Below, piece after piece: positions 50,632 to 60,600 of a stretch of DNA of 64,000 nt. The DNA is from Armatimonadota bacterium (lineage in GTDB: Bacteria; Armatimonadota; UBA5829; DTLH01). The notes under the pieces were generated by a model that saw nothing but the letters and a program-made list of their open reading frames with translations, was not told the DNA's origin and ran no database searches. A program made the translations under genes and the position numbers. Each line of letters opens with the position of its first letter. Within the stretch, counting starts at the first letter, position 1. The DNA is taken from positions 1-64,000 of the forward strand of contig JBDKUN010000019.1 of NCBI GenBank assembly GCA_039679675.1, in the 5' to 3' direction.

Positions 50632-50664
50632 TGCTTCGGGACCGTAGTTCGTCCCGAAGCACGA
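50632..50664. repeat. 11-8-11 palindrome, copy 2 (also a plausible terminator between convergent genes)
   Basis: TGCTTCGGGAC-cgtagttc-GTCCCGAAGCACGA. Confidence 0.6.
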
Positions 50665-50698
50665 GTCTCCGCTAATTTCTTCTGTTCTCTATTCCCTA

Positions 50699-53341
50699 TT
50701 ACGCCGTAATCACAAGAGGTCTCTCTTCTGAGATCGTAACCGGCTTGTCAAACTCTACGCAGATGCCTTCACCGCATCGATTGATCTTACACTCTGCGGG
50801 TTCCTCACCGATCAACACATCTGCATCCTCGAACCCGGAGAGTTTCGGCAAAGATAGCTCCCGTATAGTCATTTCACCGGATGAGATATCAATCGTGACA
50901 GTCCTGCCTGTAATGCCGTTCTCCTGCCAGTAAGTTCCCCAGGCGTTTGGCGTAAAAAACGGATACTCAGAGACAGACTGGTCTATCGCCGGGGCGAATG
51001 ACAGAAATCCGGTGGGCTGGTTCCATTTGAACCCGGAAAGTGCGATCATAAGTGTCCAGGATGACATAGCCCTGTAGTAGTGTCCGCCGCATTCTATATG
51101 GTTCCAATATCTCCCTGCGCGGATATAGCGGTCATGGATGTCTTTCACGATAGAAAGCCCATCTGCGACCATTCCGTAATTGATAAGAAGAGCAGCTACA
51201 GTGTATTCGATCCCGGTCCATGGTGCTTCTGCCTGGAAATTGTCCGATGTAGCCAGATTGCGCTTTTTGCCGGGCGGGTAGGATGCATTGATGAGTCCTT
51301 CACCTTCCCGGAAATTCTGGCGAATGATGCTGCCAAGAGCGGTTTTGATCCGTTCAGGATCGAGAATATGTTCCCATCCACTAACTGAGTTGAACCAGTC
51401 GCCGCTCATCTGGTCGCTCATGCAGCACTCATCCAGCTCGTCACCATCCCTGAAAAGGACGTAATACTCACCGTTCCAAAGCTTCTCTTCAAAGCTCTTT
51501 ACCCCTTTGTCGTATGTGGCCTGCCATTTATCTGCAAGCTCCATGTCCCCGACTTCAACAGCGAGCCTTGAGGCAGCCCTGAGCGCAGCCAGCCAGAGCC
51601 CGGATACATATGACGGGCAGCCTTTGATATACCAGGCGTCGTAGGTGCTGCGGCGGGTATCTGAATCAGGAAGCCCGTCGCCATCGGTGTCGATCTTGCT
51701 CGTGCTCTCCATCGCCTTGATGATATGAGGCCAGAGCTTATCAAGATAAGCTCTATCGCCTGTCCAGAAGTAGTCTCTTGCTGTGAGCATAACGAACTGC
51801 TGGTTCATATCCACTCTGTCATACTGGTTGTCTGCAGAATAGAGGTCGGGGGCGAGCATATGGTGTACCCGGCCATCTTCGCGCTGGAAATTGGCCCCAT
51901 GTATCATCTGGGTCTTCTGCAGGTCCGGGAAGAGCGATATGATCGGAAATGACCCCTGGTATGTGATGTCCGTTGTGTGGAATCCGCAACAACCGAGCCC
52001 TTCCCAAACTCCGAAAAGCCCATCTCTTGTCCACCACGTGCATTTCGTCATAATGGAGAGCTGGGCTGTTATCGCATCGGCTGCTTCGGTCGGAATGCTG
52101 GAGTTATGTATCGATTCAGGCAGCATCAAGGTCCGCGTGTATATATCCGAGTAGTTATCGAGCATGAATCTGCATACGCTGAGCGAGTCCTCGAACCAGT
52201 TTTCGTAGGCGTGGCCTACATTCGTCTCAGTCGGGCTGATATGGTTCGGAAAATACCATGCTGTAGTAAAGAGTACGGATGATTCCGCTTCCGGCGCAAG
52301 GTCGACCCGGCTGCAGAGTGCAGCAAGTCCCCATCCTGCATGGTTTCCATTTATATGGCTGATGTTGTCTGCGATTTTCCCCAGAACTTCTACTGAGTCT
52401 GCGGCATCGGGATCAGCGGCCGCTATGCGATGGTATATATCGTAAACGAGAGGATGCTGCATGAGCTGATCGAGAAGTGCCTTGCGCTCATCAGCCGAAA
52501 GATCCGCTGCATTGAAGTTGCCCGGCAGTTCTGGCCGCACCTTCGCGTTCAAGTTTGGCAGCGAACCGCTCTCATGGAATTGATGTAGGAAAGAGTATAT
52601 TCTGATCCCGTACTCCTGCATCCAAAGGTGGAATCCTTTGGGGTGGTATTCATATGCGCCGGTGATATACGTTATATCGCCGCCCAGCGCGGCGAATGTC
52701 ATATCACCAGTGGAGCATTGATCCGATTTCAGGCCGTCAGCGCTTAGAACGACGGCTTTGGCCTCTCCTATAGACTCAAGGTGGTTCTTAGGCCTGCGGG
52801 AGTCCTGATCATAACCCGCGGGGTTCCGTGTAATGCCGAGGATCGAGGCTTCTACCGGCTCGGAAGAATGGTTCTTTACGGTGAAATGAACATAGAAACC
52901 GGGGGTTCCCGATGTCCGGCTGTCCAGCGGGATGAACGGAGAAAATATCTCCGCTTCAATCGAAACGGGAAGCTCTGGGTCGTTATAAGTCAAGGTCGCT
53001 GTTGGAAATGTCCCGTCGAAGCTGATAGACTGCACGGACCGTATCCACGGGAAAGAGTACAGGTTGTGAAGCTGCTCAGACAGCCCTAGATAGCGCAGAA
53101 TTGTCCTGCCATCCGATGTTTTGACCCGGGCTATGAAGATCAGATCATCCGGTTCCATCGGTCTTTTTTCGATAACTGCAGGAGTTTCCGAGTCGCTCTT
53201 ATGCTTTGGGTTCCAGGTCCCGTTGTTGAATATTTGCCACTCGTGAAAGAGCCCATCCGGACGGATTTCAACCGATCCTGTCCCGATTCCACCGAGTGGA
53301 ATTCCTGATTTATGATGAATCTGTTGATTTATAGTAACCAA
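50699..53341 (-). CDS. GH116-family glycoside hydrolase
   Basis: SGIPLGGIGTGSV N-terminal motif, FSPFIP, DTDGDGLPD..STYD, LWNGEYY, DQMSG and WTGIEY..ECGGHYYRAMSSW. Confidence 0.88.
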   Translation of the reverse strand: MVTINQQIHHKSGIPLGGIGTGSVEIRPDGLFHEWQIFNNGTWNPKHKSDSETPAVIEKRPMEPDDLIFIARVKTSDGRTILRYLGLSEQLHNLYSFPWIRSVQSISFDGTFPTATLTYNDPELPVSIEAEIFSPFIPLDSRTSGTPGFYVHFTVKNHSSEPVEASILGITRNPAGYDQDSRRPKNHLESIGEAKAVVLSADGLKSDQCSTGDMTFAALGGDITYITGAYEYHPKGFHLWMQEYGIRIYSFLHQFHESGSLPNLNAKVRPELPGNFNAADLSADERKALLDQLMQHPLVYDIYHRIAAADPDAADSVEVLGKIADNISHINGNHAGWGLAALCSRVDLAPEAESSVLFTTAWYFPNHISPTETNVGHAYENWFEDSLSVCRFMLDNYSDIYTRTLMLPESIHNSSIPTEAADAITAQLSIMTKCTWWTRDGLFGVWEGLGCCGFHTTDITYQGSFPIISLFPDLQKTQMIHGANFQREDGRVHHMLAPDLYSADNQYDRVDMNQQFVMLTARDYFWTGDRAYLDKLWPHIIKAMESTSKIDTDGDGLPDSDTRRSTYDAWYIKGCPSYVSGLWLAALRAASRLAVEVGDMELADKWQATYDKGVKSFEEKLWNGEYYVLFRDGDELDECCMSDQMSGDWFNSVSGWEHILDPERIKTALGSIIRQNFREGEGLINASYPPGKKRNLATSDNFQAEAPWTGIEYTVAALLINYGMVADGLSIVKDIHDRYIRAGRYWNHIECGGHYYRAMSSWTLMIALSGFKWNQPTGFLSFAPAIDQSVSEYPFFTPNAWGTYWQENGITGRTVTIDISSGEMTIRELSLPKLSGFEDADVLIGEEPAECKINRCGEGICVEFDKPVTISEERPLVITA

Positions 53342-53485
53342 GGTGCATTTCCTCCACCTAACGGTTCTATTAAGGCCAGGATTATTCCTTCTGCTGGATA
53401 ATATTAAAGTCCGGGAACTAGCTGAAGTGGGTAATTACGTATCATAATTAGGGCAAGCCATAGCTGCTGGTTTCAGAGGTAAAGG

Positions 53486-54289
53486 ATGTTTCCACTACGC
53501 ATTGTAAGGCTCTTATTCTTGATGCTTGTTTTAGTGTCGAGCCAGGTTTTGGCTGATGACCAGCTGTCCGCTTCGACTGCGCCTGCCGAAGAACCGGTAA
53601 TAACTCAACCTTTATCCGGCGGCCTGCTATCACCGGATATGCTTACAGAGAAGAGCAGCCTACCTTCATTGCACCTGTCTGCACCCGTAAAAGAGCCCAG
53701 GAAGTCCGGAATGGACCCGGAATACAATACAGCTATAAAGGTTGCAAAACAGGCAGGGCTCATCTACCTGACTGATAGCGCCACGAATGAGTTCACCCGA
53801 TCAGCGTTAAGAGGCATCAGCGCAGGCAGGCTTGCAGATGCATTCAATATATTGGGAAATGGAAAGCTGGTCGGTCTGCTCGGCCTTGGCTATGTAATCG
53901 GCGGACCCCATGCGAAAAGTACATACGGTACTGCTATCGAGGCTGCCGGTGATGCGATGCTTATTACAGAAAGTCTCAAATTCCTAACCGGTAGAATGAG
54001 ACCCTGCCAGTCCGGTGGTGATCCTTACGAGTTTGAAGGGCCGGGATCAGGCTTTGCATCCTTCCCGTCCGGGCATACGAGCAATGCGTTTGCAATCGCT
54101 ACAGTGTTTGCTCATAAGAACCCTAAGAAAAAATGGCTGTATTATGCATTGGCTGCCGGGGTGGGATATGCCAGGATGCAGAAACAAGCGCACTTCGGCT
54201 CGGATGTCTTCGCAGGTGCGGTCGTAGGCACTTATGCCGGCAAAAAAGCCGTAGATGGCAAGTCATTGTTTGGTAAGTTGGCACACTAG
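53486..54289 (+). CDS. PAP2-family phosphatase, paralog of 21764-22264
   Basis: KFLTGRMRP, SFPSGH, KWLYY.LAA and ARMQKQAHFGSDV motifs; signal peptide. Confidence 0.85.
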   Translation: MFPLRIVRLLFLMLVLVSSQVLADDQLSASTAPAEEPVITQPLSGGLLSPDMLTEKSSLPSLHLSAPVKEPRKSGMDPEYNTAIKVAKQAGLIYLTDSATNEFTRSALRGISAGRLADAFNILGNGKLVGLLGLGYVIGGPHAKSTYGTAIEAAGDAMLITESLKFLTGRMRPCQSGGDPYEFEGPGSGFASFPSGHTSNAFAIATVFAHKNPKKKWLYYALAAGVGYARMQKQAHFGSDVFAGAVVGTYAGKKAVDGKSLFGKLAH

Positions 54290-54300
54290 ATAGAGAAATA

Positions 54301-54329
54301 TGGAGTGCGGAAACAGCGGCTTCCGCTTT
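54301..54329. repeat. Possible GGAGTGCG-type REP-like hairpin
   Basis: TGGAGTGCGGAA...TTCCGCTTT hairpin; single copy in the window, family resemblance recalled from memory only. Confidence 0.3.
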
Positions 54330-54648
54330 CGGTCAGCAATCTCTATCTGGCATGTTGATGTAATATCTGCAGCAAAGCCTCAAATCTTCAATATCTTCAC
54401 CTTCGAGAACCCGTAATACTGTATCTGTACCCAGTTGCACCATAGATGTAAGGCTGGCATCCATCAACTCCATTGGCTGTTTGAATTGGCAAAGTTGGAT
54501 TATATTTCAAAGGGGTATACTCCACAAAGTGTTTAATGAAAAGGGGGGATAGTGCTTGATTGTCTTATGATAATGGCTATTCGGCGGTTGCAGTATGTGA
54601 TTGTGCTTATGCAGTAGAAACCAGATCGAATTTCAGGAGGCAATTGAA

Positions 54649-55989
54649 GTGAGAAGAATATCTGCGATTATGCTGTGTTGTATAGCGGTGAGTGTCTTGC
54701 TAGTGGGCTTTGCGGTAGCCGAGCCGATGCCAGGCGCGATCTGGACCACCGATGTGGACTATGTAGTTAACCGCAACATCTATGACAGCAAGTGTGAAGT
54801 GTACCTAAACGGTGGGCCCTTGAACCAAAGCCAGCCTGGCCTGCCGGATGGTGATTACTATTACAAGGTAACGAACCCGGACGGCAGCCGTGACTTAAGT
54901 GAAGAAGCTGGAAAATCACTGGACAACAGGCTTGTCACTGTCGTCGACGGCATAATTGTTCGAACGAATCCGAATAATCAGCTCTGTCCGTATGAAGACA
55001 CTGACAATGAGGGTGGGGAATACAAGGTCTGGCTCACGAGCGTTGAAGATTATTATGCTCACGGTGGATTATTTGATCCCGACAGCTCGAAGACAGATAA
55101 CTTCAAGATAAAGCCGCAGGTCGGACCGCCTACGGTACTCGGAAGTATCAGCGGCTGCAAGTATTACGATCTTAATATGAATGGGATCAAGGATCCGCTG
55201 GAGGTTGTGATTCCGGGGTGGCTGATCGAGCTCTATGATAGTAGTGGCGAGCTATATGCCAGCATGACGACGGACACTAACGGCGAATTCTACTTTGACA
55301 AACTCCATGAGGGTAACTACACGGTTAAGGAAGTCATGCCTCTGGGGTTGTGGAAGCAGACCGGGCCAAAGGATACTCCTTCAGGAGTAGATTTGGATCC
55401 ATCGCCGGATGTAATAACCACAGCATACGGTTTCATCTACTCTGTTCAGCTGCTCAAGATCGATAACACTGTTGGAAACGCCACGAAAGTCGATTTCGGC
55501 AACATTTGTCTGAAGCCTGCTACAGGCGGTTACACGCTCGGTTTCTGGTCGAATAAGAACGGCCAAAAAATCCTAGATGGTAATCCGGGCTGGATTGGGT
55601 TGCTGAACAGTCTGAATCTCAAGGACAGCTTTGGAAATGACTTTACCATAACTTCCTACTCTGGCTTCAGGACATGGCTTCTTGCGGGAAATGCGGTCAA
55701 TATGGACTACATGCTTTCCGTGCAACTGGCTGCCACGGTGCTCGACTGTGAGTACAAGGGGTTGGATAGTAGTGAACTGCTGGTTCTGCCGGATGATCTC
55801 GCGGATTGTTATGGTCATGAGACGATAATAATCGGCGATATTATAGATGAAGCCAACGCGGCGCTCAACGACAGCAGCGCATCACGTGGCTATCTGGAAT
55901 GCCTGAAAGATATTCTCGATGGCATAAACAACAACAGCTTCTGGACAATCTGCCCTGGGCCATGCGAAGTAGTCTATCCTGTTGAATGA
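54649..55989 (+). CDS. Secreted protein with SdrD B-like (Cna-B) domain
   Basis: GTG 54649 after AGGAGG; signal peptide ending AVA; ISGCKYYDLNMNGIKD..GWLIELY..TTDTNGEFYFDKL.EGNYTVKE; C-terminal GGYTLGFWSNKNG domain. Confidence 0.75.
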   Translation: MRRISAIMLCCIAVSVLLVGFAVAEPMPGAIWTTDVDYVVNRNIYDSKCEVYLNGGPLNQSQPGLPDGDYYYKVTNPDGSRDLSEEAGKSLDNRLVTVVDGIIVRTNPNNQLCPYEDTDNEGGEYKVWLTSVEDYYAHGGLFDPDSSKTDNFKIKPQVGPPTVLGSISGCKYYDLNMNGIKDPLEVVIPGWLIELYDSSGELYASMTTDTNGEFYFDKLHEGNYTVKEVMPLGLWKQTGPKDTPSGVDLDPSPDVITTAYGFIYSVQLLKIDNTVGNATKVDFGNICLKPATGGYTLGFWSNKNGQKILDGNPGWIGLLNSLNLKDSFGNDFTITSYSGFRTWLLAGNAVNMDYMLSVQLAATVLDCEYKGLDSSELLVLPDDLADCYGHETIIIGDIIDEANAALNDSSASRGYLECLKDILDGINNNSFWTICPGPCEVVYPVE

Positions 55990-56000
55990 TGTAGTGAAAA

Positions 56001-56061
56001 GCGGTCTTGAAAACCGTCGTAGTGAAAGCTACCGGGGGTTCGAATCCCTCCGCCTCCGCCA
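56001..56061 (+). pseudogene. 3' fragment of tRNA-Ser(TGA), putative att core
   Basis: GCGGTCTTGAAAACCGT anticodon arm, long variable arm, GGGGGTTCGAATCCCTC T arm and CGCCTCCGCCA. The 5' acceptor strand (expected GGAGGCG) and D arm are absent. Confidence 0.85.
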
Positions 56062-56073
56062 GTATTTTGAGCT

Positions 56074-56115
56074 CAAAAAAGGCCTTTCGGAGAGTTTATC
56101 CGAAAGGCCTTTTTG
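56074..56115. terminator. Bidirectional terminator between the tRNA fragment and the integrase
   Basis: AAAAAAGGCCTTTCGGA...TCCGAAAGGCCTTTTT. Confidence 0.8.
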
Positions 56116-56121
56116 ATGTTC

Positions 56122-56140
56122 TTCTAACAGATTTCTAACA
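56122..56140 (+). promoter_or_regulatory. Putative integrase arm-type sites
   Basis: Direct repeat TTCTAACA at 56122 and 56133, between the att core and the integrase stop. Confidence 0.45.
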
Positions 56141-56159
56141 AGGCGAGCAAAAATGCGGC

Positions 56160-57353
56160 TTATTTTTCCCTCGCGCGTTTCAAAGCATCTGAAAATTGGA
56201 CTGGTGCACCCATGTCTCCAGGTATACAGTGGCTATATCTTTTCAGGGTGATTGTCGGATCAGCATGACCAACCCTTCGGGAAACCCTCACCAGAGATTC
56301 ACCATTTGCAAGGCTCAAAGAGATGTGAGTATGACGCAAATCATGGAAGCGGATTCGCGTGATCTTTGCCTTGTCAATTATTTCCCCCAAACCCTTGCAG
56401 AGCATTGAGGTCCGCATATAATACCCGTCTTCCATTGAACATACGAGATTCAGGTTCTGATATTCATTGCCATATTCTAGCTTTCTGAGTTTCTGAATCT
56501 CCCTATGTTTCTTCAATAGTTCCAGAAGCTCTGGAGTTGCCTCAAAGGTTCGCTCGCTATCGTCGTTCTTCGGCACCTTTAATGATAGCTTGCCGTGGAT
56601 GTATTGAAGAGAATGTCTTACTTTGATAGTTCCACTCGTGAAGTCCACATCCGACCACCGCAGAGCCAAGCACTCCCCTTGCCTCATGCCTGTGTATAGG
56701 CTCAAGACAATAGGCATTCCCCAAATGCTTCCAAGACAAGCATCAACTAAATTGACGGCCTCCTCAGCTGTTAGAGTTTTCATTTCCTCGTGCTTAACCT
56801 TGATGGAATCAGTTCTAGCGACAGGGTTAGCACGTAGTCTAATGACTTCCTTCCGGATGCCCCAGTTGATGGCAGCTCGGAGGATGGACCTGCAATGATG
56901 TGCTGTTTGACTTGAGATGCCTGTCTCTTCCTGATTCTCTCCAGTGGCCGGATCCTGTATAAGCATCGGCTTTTTCCGTCCGTTTTTCTGGATTTCATTG
57001 AGAAACTTGTCAATCCTGGATGCTGTCAGACGCTCGACCTGGATATTGCCCAACTGCGGCGATATATAATTATTGATCTTCTCACTGTAACCAAGATGTG
57101 TCTTCTGAGCCCAGCGACCTTCATTCGCATCAAGATATTTCTGTAGAAGATCCTTGACAGTCATCTTGGAAGGATCCACATACTGGCCGCTTTCTGCCTC
57201 GTGGATCAGCCGCGCGAGCTCCGCATCAGCCTGCTTGGAGGTACCGTGAAAAGTCACCCAACGTTGGTTACGCTTCCCGCTGTCTTTGCGAGGAGCATCA
57301 TAGATCAGCCTCCAGGATTTCGGATCATTAAGCGGTATTTTTGCGCCCTTCAT
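56160..57353 (-). CDS. Tyrosine recombinase/integrase (phage/ICE type)
   Basis: TGMRQGECLALRWSD, K in VPKND, RFHDLRHT, VGHAD and RYSH; N-terminal arm-binding and SAM-like domains. Confidence 0.95.
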   Translation of the reverse strand: MKGAKIPLNDPKSWRLIYDAPRKDSGKRNQRWVTFHGTSKQADAELARLIHEAESGQYVDPSKMTVKDLLQKYLDANEGRWAQKTHLGYSEKINNYISPQLGNIQVERLTASRIDKFLNEIQKNGRKKPMLIQDPATGENQEETGISSQTAHHCRSILRAAINWGIRKEVIRLRANPVARTDSIKVKHEEMKTLTAEEAVNLVDACLGSIWGMPIVLSLYTGMRQGECLALRWSDVDFTSGTIKVRHSLQYIHGKLSLKVPKNDDSERTFEATPELLELLKKHREIQKLRKLEYGNEYQNLNLVCSMEDGYYMRTSMLCKGLGEIIDKAKITRIRFHDLRHTHISLSLANGESLVRVSRRVGHADPTITLKRYSHCIPGDMGAPVQFSDALKRAREK

Positions 57354-57379
57354 TTATTTTGATCCTCTCCCTAAAATGC

Positions 57380-57496
57380 AAAACGGGCAACTCACGCCCC
57401 GCCAGAGGATGAGCTGCCCGCTTACGATGCCGATAACGGCATCAAATCTGTATGCTTGCCTGGCGGGGCTACGCATTCATTATAGCACATATGTTC
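57380..57496 (-). promoter_or_regulatory. Integrase promoter (LexA-like box adjoining -10) and structured leader
   Basis: Minus strand GAACATATGTGC-TATAAT. The leader has GCCCCGCCAG/CTGGCGGGGC, GATGCCG/CGGCATC and CGGGCAGCTCA/TGAGTTGCCCG-TTTT pairings. Confidence 0.6.
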
Positions 57497-57665
57497 TTAT
57501 CACCTACATGCTATAACACTTATATCAAGCAGCCAAGAAGATACACTGCAGTTATTCTGGACATTGTTCTTGGTTCAGATTGACAGCCGGCCACTTCCAT
57601 GCTACATTGCAATTGCCGCTTGTACAGGGTGAATTACCAAATCTACCGCTTAACAGGAGCGAAAC

Positions 57666-60600
57666 ATGGTCATTACCCGCAGTATTTTCAGCCGTTTTTT
57701 CCCGCTTATGCTCCTATGCCTGTTCACAGCCTGCTCAATGGCATATGCACAGACGCTGCCGTGGGAAAACGAGAACTCCGTCGGCTCCATTCTTCTTAAT
57801 CAGGATGGACAGAGCGTGCTGCTCGAGAAGGTCACTGTCTCAAAGATAGAAGCACGCAACGACCCGCCTTATTTTGTTGTCCAGGACGGTTTCAAGCCGG
57901 ACAACAGGATCGTCATACTGTCCCGACCGCCGTCAGCCCTCACATGCGGGATGACTGTAGACGTCAGCGGGACACTTGTAACTCTGAACACAGGCGAAAG
58001 ATGCCTGACTGACGCAACCACCTTCGGTTACTTCAATAAGGACGGCTCCCTCACCGGATGGTCATACGGCTTTATGCTCTGCACCGGCAGGCAGGTCTTA
58101 CCTATTTCTACTGATCCCATTCCACCGTCCGACCCCAGCCTTACAACAGACGGAAGAGGCATACCAGGCTTAGTCACGTCCGAACCGGCTGAGAAACCCT
58201 CCGCCTACGGCACGGTGGCAGCTCTTTCTACAGCTCCATTGCTCTCCACTGTGGAGATTTCCTGCAAGCCTGTAAGGGAGACCGGAGCAGGATATATAAA
58301 AGTCGGAGACGACAACTCGGATGCGGCCATAAAGGTGTATACCAACGCCTCGGTAAGCCCTACCGACAGGATAATCAAGCTCACCGGGACTCTCCACACA
58401 GAGAAAGGCAGCCATGTCATCTACGCCGACAGCGGACCCGAGCCATATTTCGACCGCCAGGGCTACATCGGGCACGTTTCCGCAGCAGGAATGGGCACAG
58501 TGGCCTATGCTGCCACCCTGAGCAACCCGTCCGAAAGCGTGAGCAAGACAGGTGGCATACACGCAATGAGCGCGAGCACTCCCGATACGACAAACGGTAA
58601 CTGGGTATACCTTACGGGGCAACTGGTAACCTATGTCGGAGGCTACTGGTCCTATGACGCTTCTCCCGCCGGATGGGTGAATGTCTACAATATCCAGGGG
58701 ATAGACAAAACGCCCGGAATGAGAGTGTGGAGTCCTTCATTGAACAGTATGTCCGTTGGTTCCATAGTTGATGTCTTTGCAAAGGTAGATACCAAGGACG
58801 GACAGAGAATACTTGGCACCTGGGGCGGAGACACAAATGCGACGAACGCCACAGACCTTAGTGATGCTAACCACTGTCTGGAGCCCAAGGTACTGTTCTC
58901 AACTGAAAACACCAGCAATCTGTTAACTGTGAGACCTGTCGGGATGACCAACAAGACGCTTGGAGGGGAAGCCCTTGGTGAAAATAAGAGCGTAGATGGT
59001 GGGGCTGGGCTATATAACATCGGAAGCTATGTAACCGTATGGGGCAAAGTGCTTGAGGTAGGTGCATTTAATTTTATACCATATATGAAGATAGATGATG
59101 GCTCTGCTGTTCCATCCGACGGATCAATCGGGCAGGTTCAAAAGGGCGTCATCGTCTTCAGATGCAGCAGCTATGATCCTTTTCAGCCAGTTGTGGGAGA
59201 CTATGTAGCTGTAACCGGGGTAAGTTCCATATGGAAACCCAGTGGTTCCGAGAACAAATACCGCTGTATCTGGACTACGGATACAGTGAAAGACCTACTG
59301 AACGAGGACACCCCCATTGGTGTAGGTGCGACTACGAACATTAATGGGACAATATCCGGGACATTGAAGATTTATGATATACCTCCACCACCGGCAGGCA
59401 ACCCAAATGAACCGGTTAAAGTAAGAGCTAATATCTGCTGCGTTGGAAACAAACAGATGTGGGTTTACACTTGTATCGACTACAAAATTGTCAACAATGA
59501 AATTGTTGAATATACTACCGCCGACATCCCGGTCGTCCGTCAGGCAGATGGTAGCGGCACCGTCTCATATTCTTTTGAAGTAGTTAAGGAAATAAAGATC
59601 GGTGATCTCACGCTGGATACCCCAAAGTACATCGTCTCGGCTAAATGCAATGGTTACAAGACTAGGACCTATACCAATGTGTCACCTGATACCACCAGGA
59701 ACCTGTATCTCACCCCACTCAGGAAGATATATGTAACTGCTGAGAACAATAAAGGCAATGACACAAAGCCAGTGGAGGTAACTGATAGCAACCCGACCAA
59801 TATTATCGCTACGGTAGTAGATGCCAGTCACAGTCCCATCTCGGGTAAAACGGTAAGGTTCAGGATGAATAAAGGATCGTTCTACAACGACTGTGTTGTC
59901 CATGACTATACAGGTACTACTAATTCCAGTGGGCAGGTAGAGGCGAAATATTACGGTAATCCAGCCGAAACAGGAAGCGATATAGTGGTGGAAGCTACAG
60001 ACGACAGCGCGCCACTTCCTGTTGATAACGAGATTGACGATACTTACAATTACGACTGGGAGCAGTTACACAATGAGAAAGGTCAACCGATCAATATCAA
60101 GGTCACAATACCTTATCAGAACGCTATAGACACATTTGTATTGACTGCCAATCCGTATTCTGTTCCTCCTACGGCATCCAGTTCCACTATAACCGCAAAG
60201 CTTACTACGATTGACGGAACAAAAATAGTAGGAAGATCAGTCAGCTTTAGTACGACCGCAGGAGATTTTAATACAACTTCCGGAAAAGTTTCTCAAGTAA
60301 CTGCCCTTACTAATGACGATGGGGAAGCAACTGCGGAACTATGCGATGTTCTTCGTGGCGGGTTCGCAGTAGTAGAGGCATCTACTACCAACGATCAGGG
60401 CTATACCCACATGCAGCGGGTGCAGGTAGACTTCCTCCAGTCCTCTTCAGATGACTGGCCGATGTTCATGCACGACGTGAGACATCAGGGATACAGCAGG
60501 TTCTATGACACGACTACAACGGAGAATTTCGCATTAGCCTGGAGCACGCCTGTTCCGCTTGATGTGGCTCACCCAGACCTTAGTACGCATTGGTCTGACC

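Noticed and set aside
56001..56061. Functional tRNA-Ser
   Set aside because: The 5' acceptor strand and D arm are missing.
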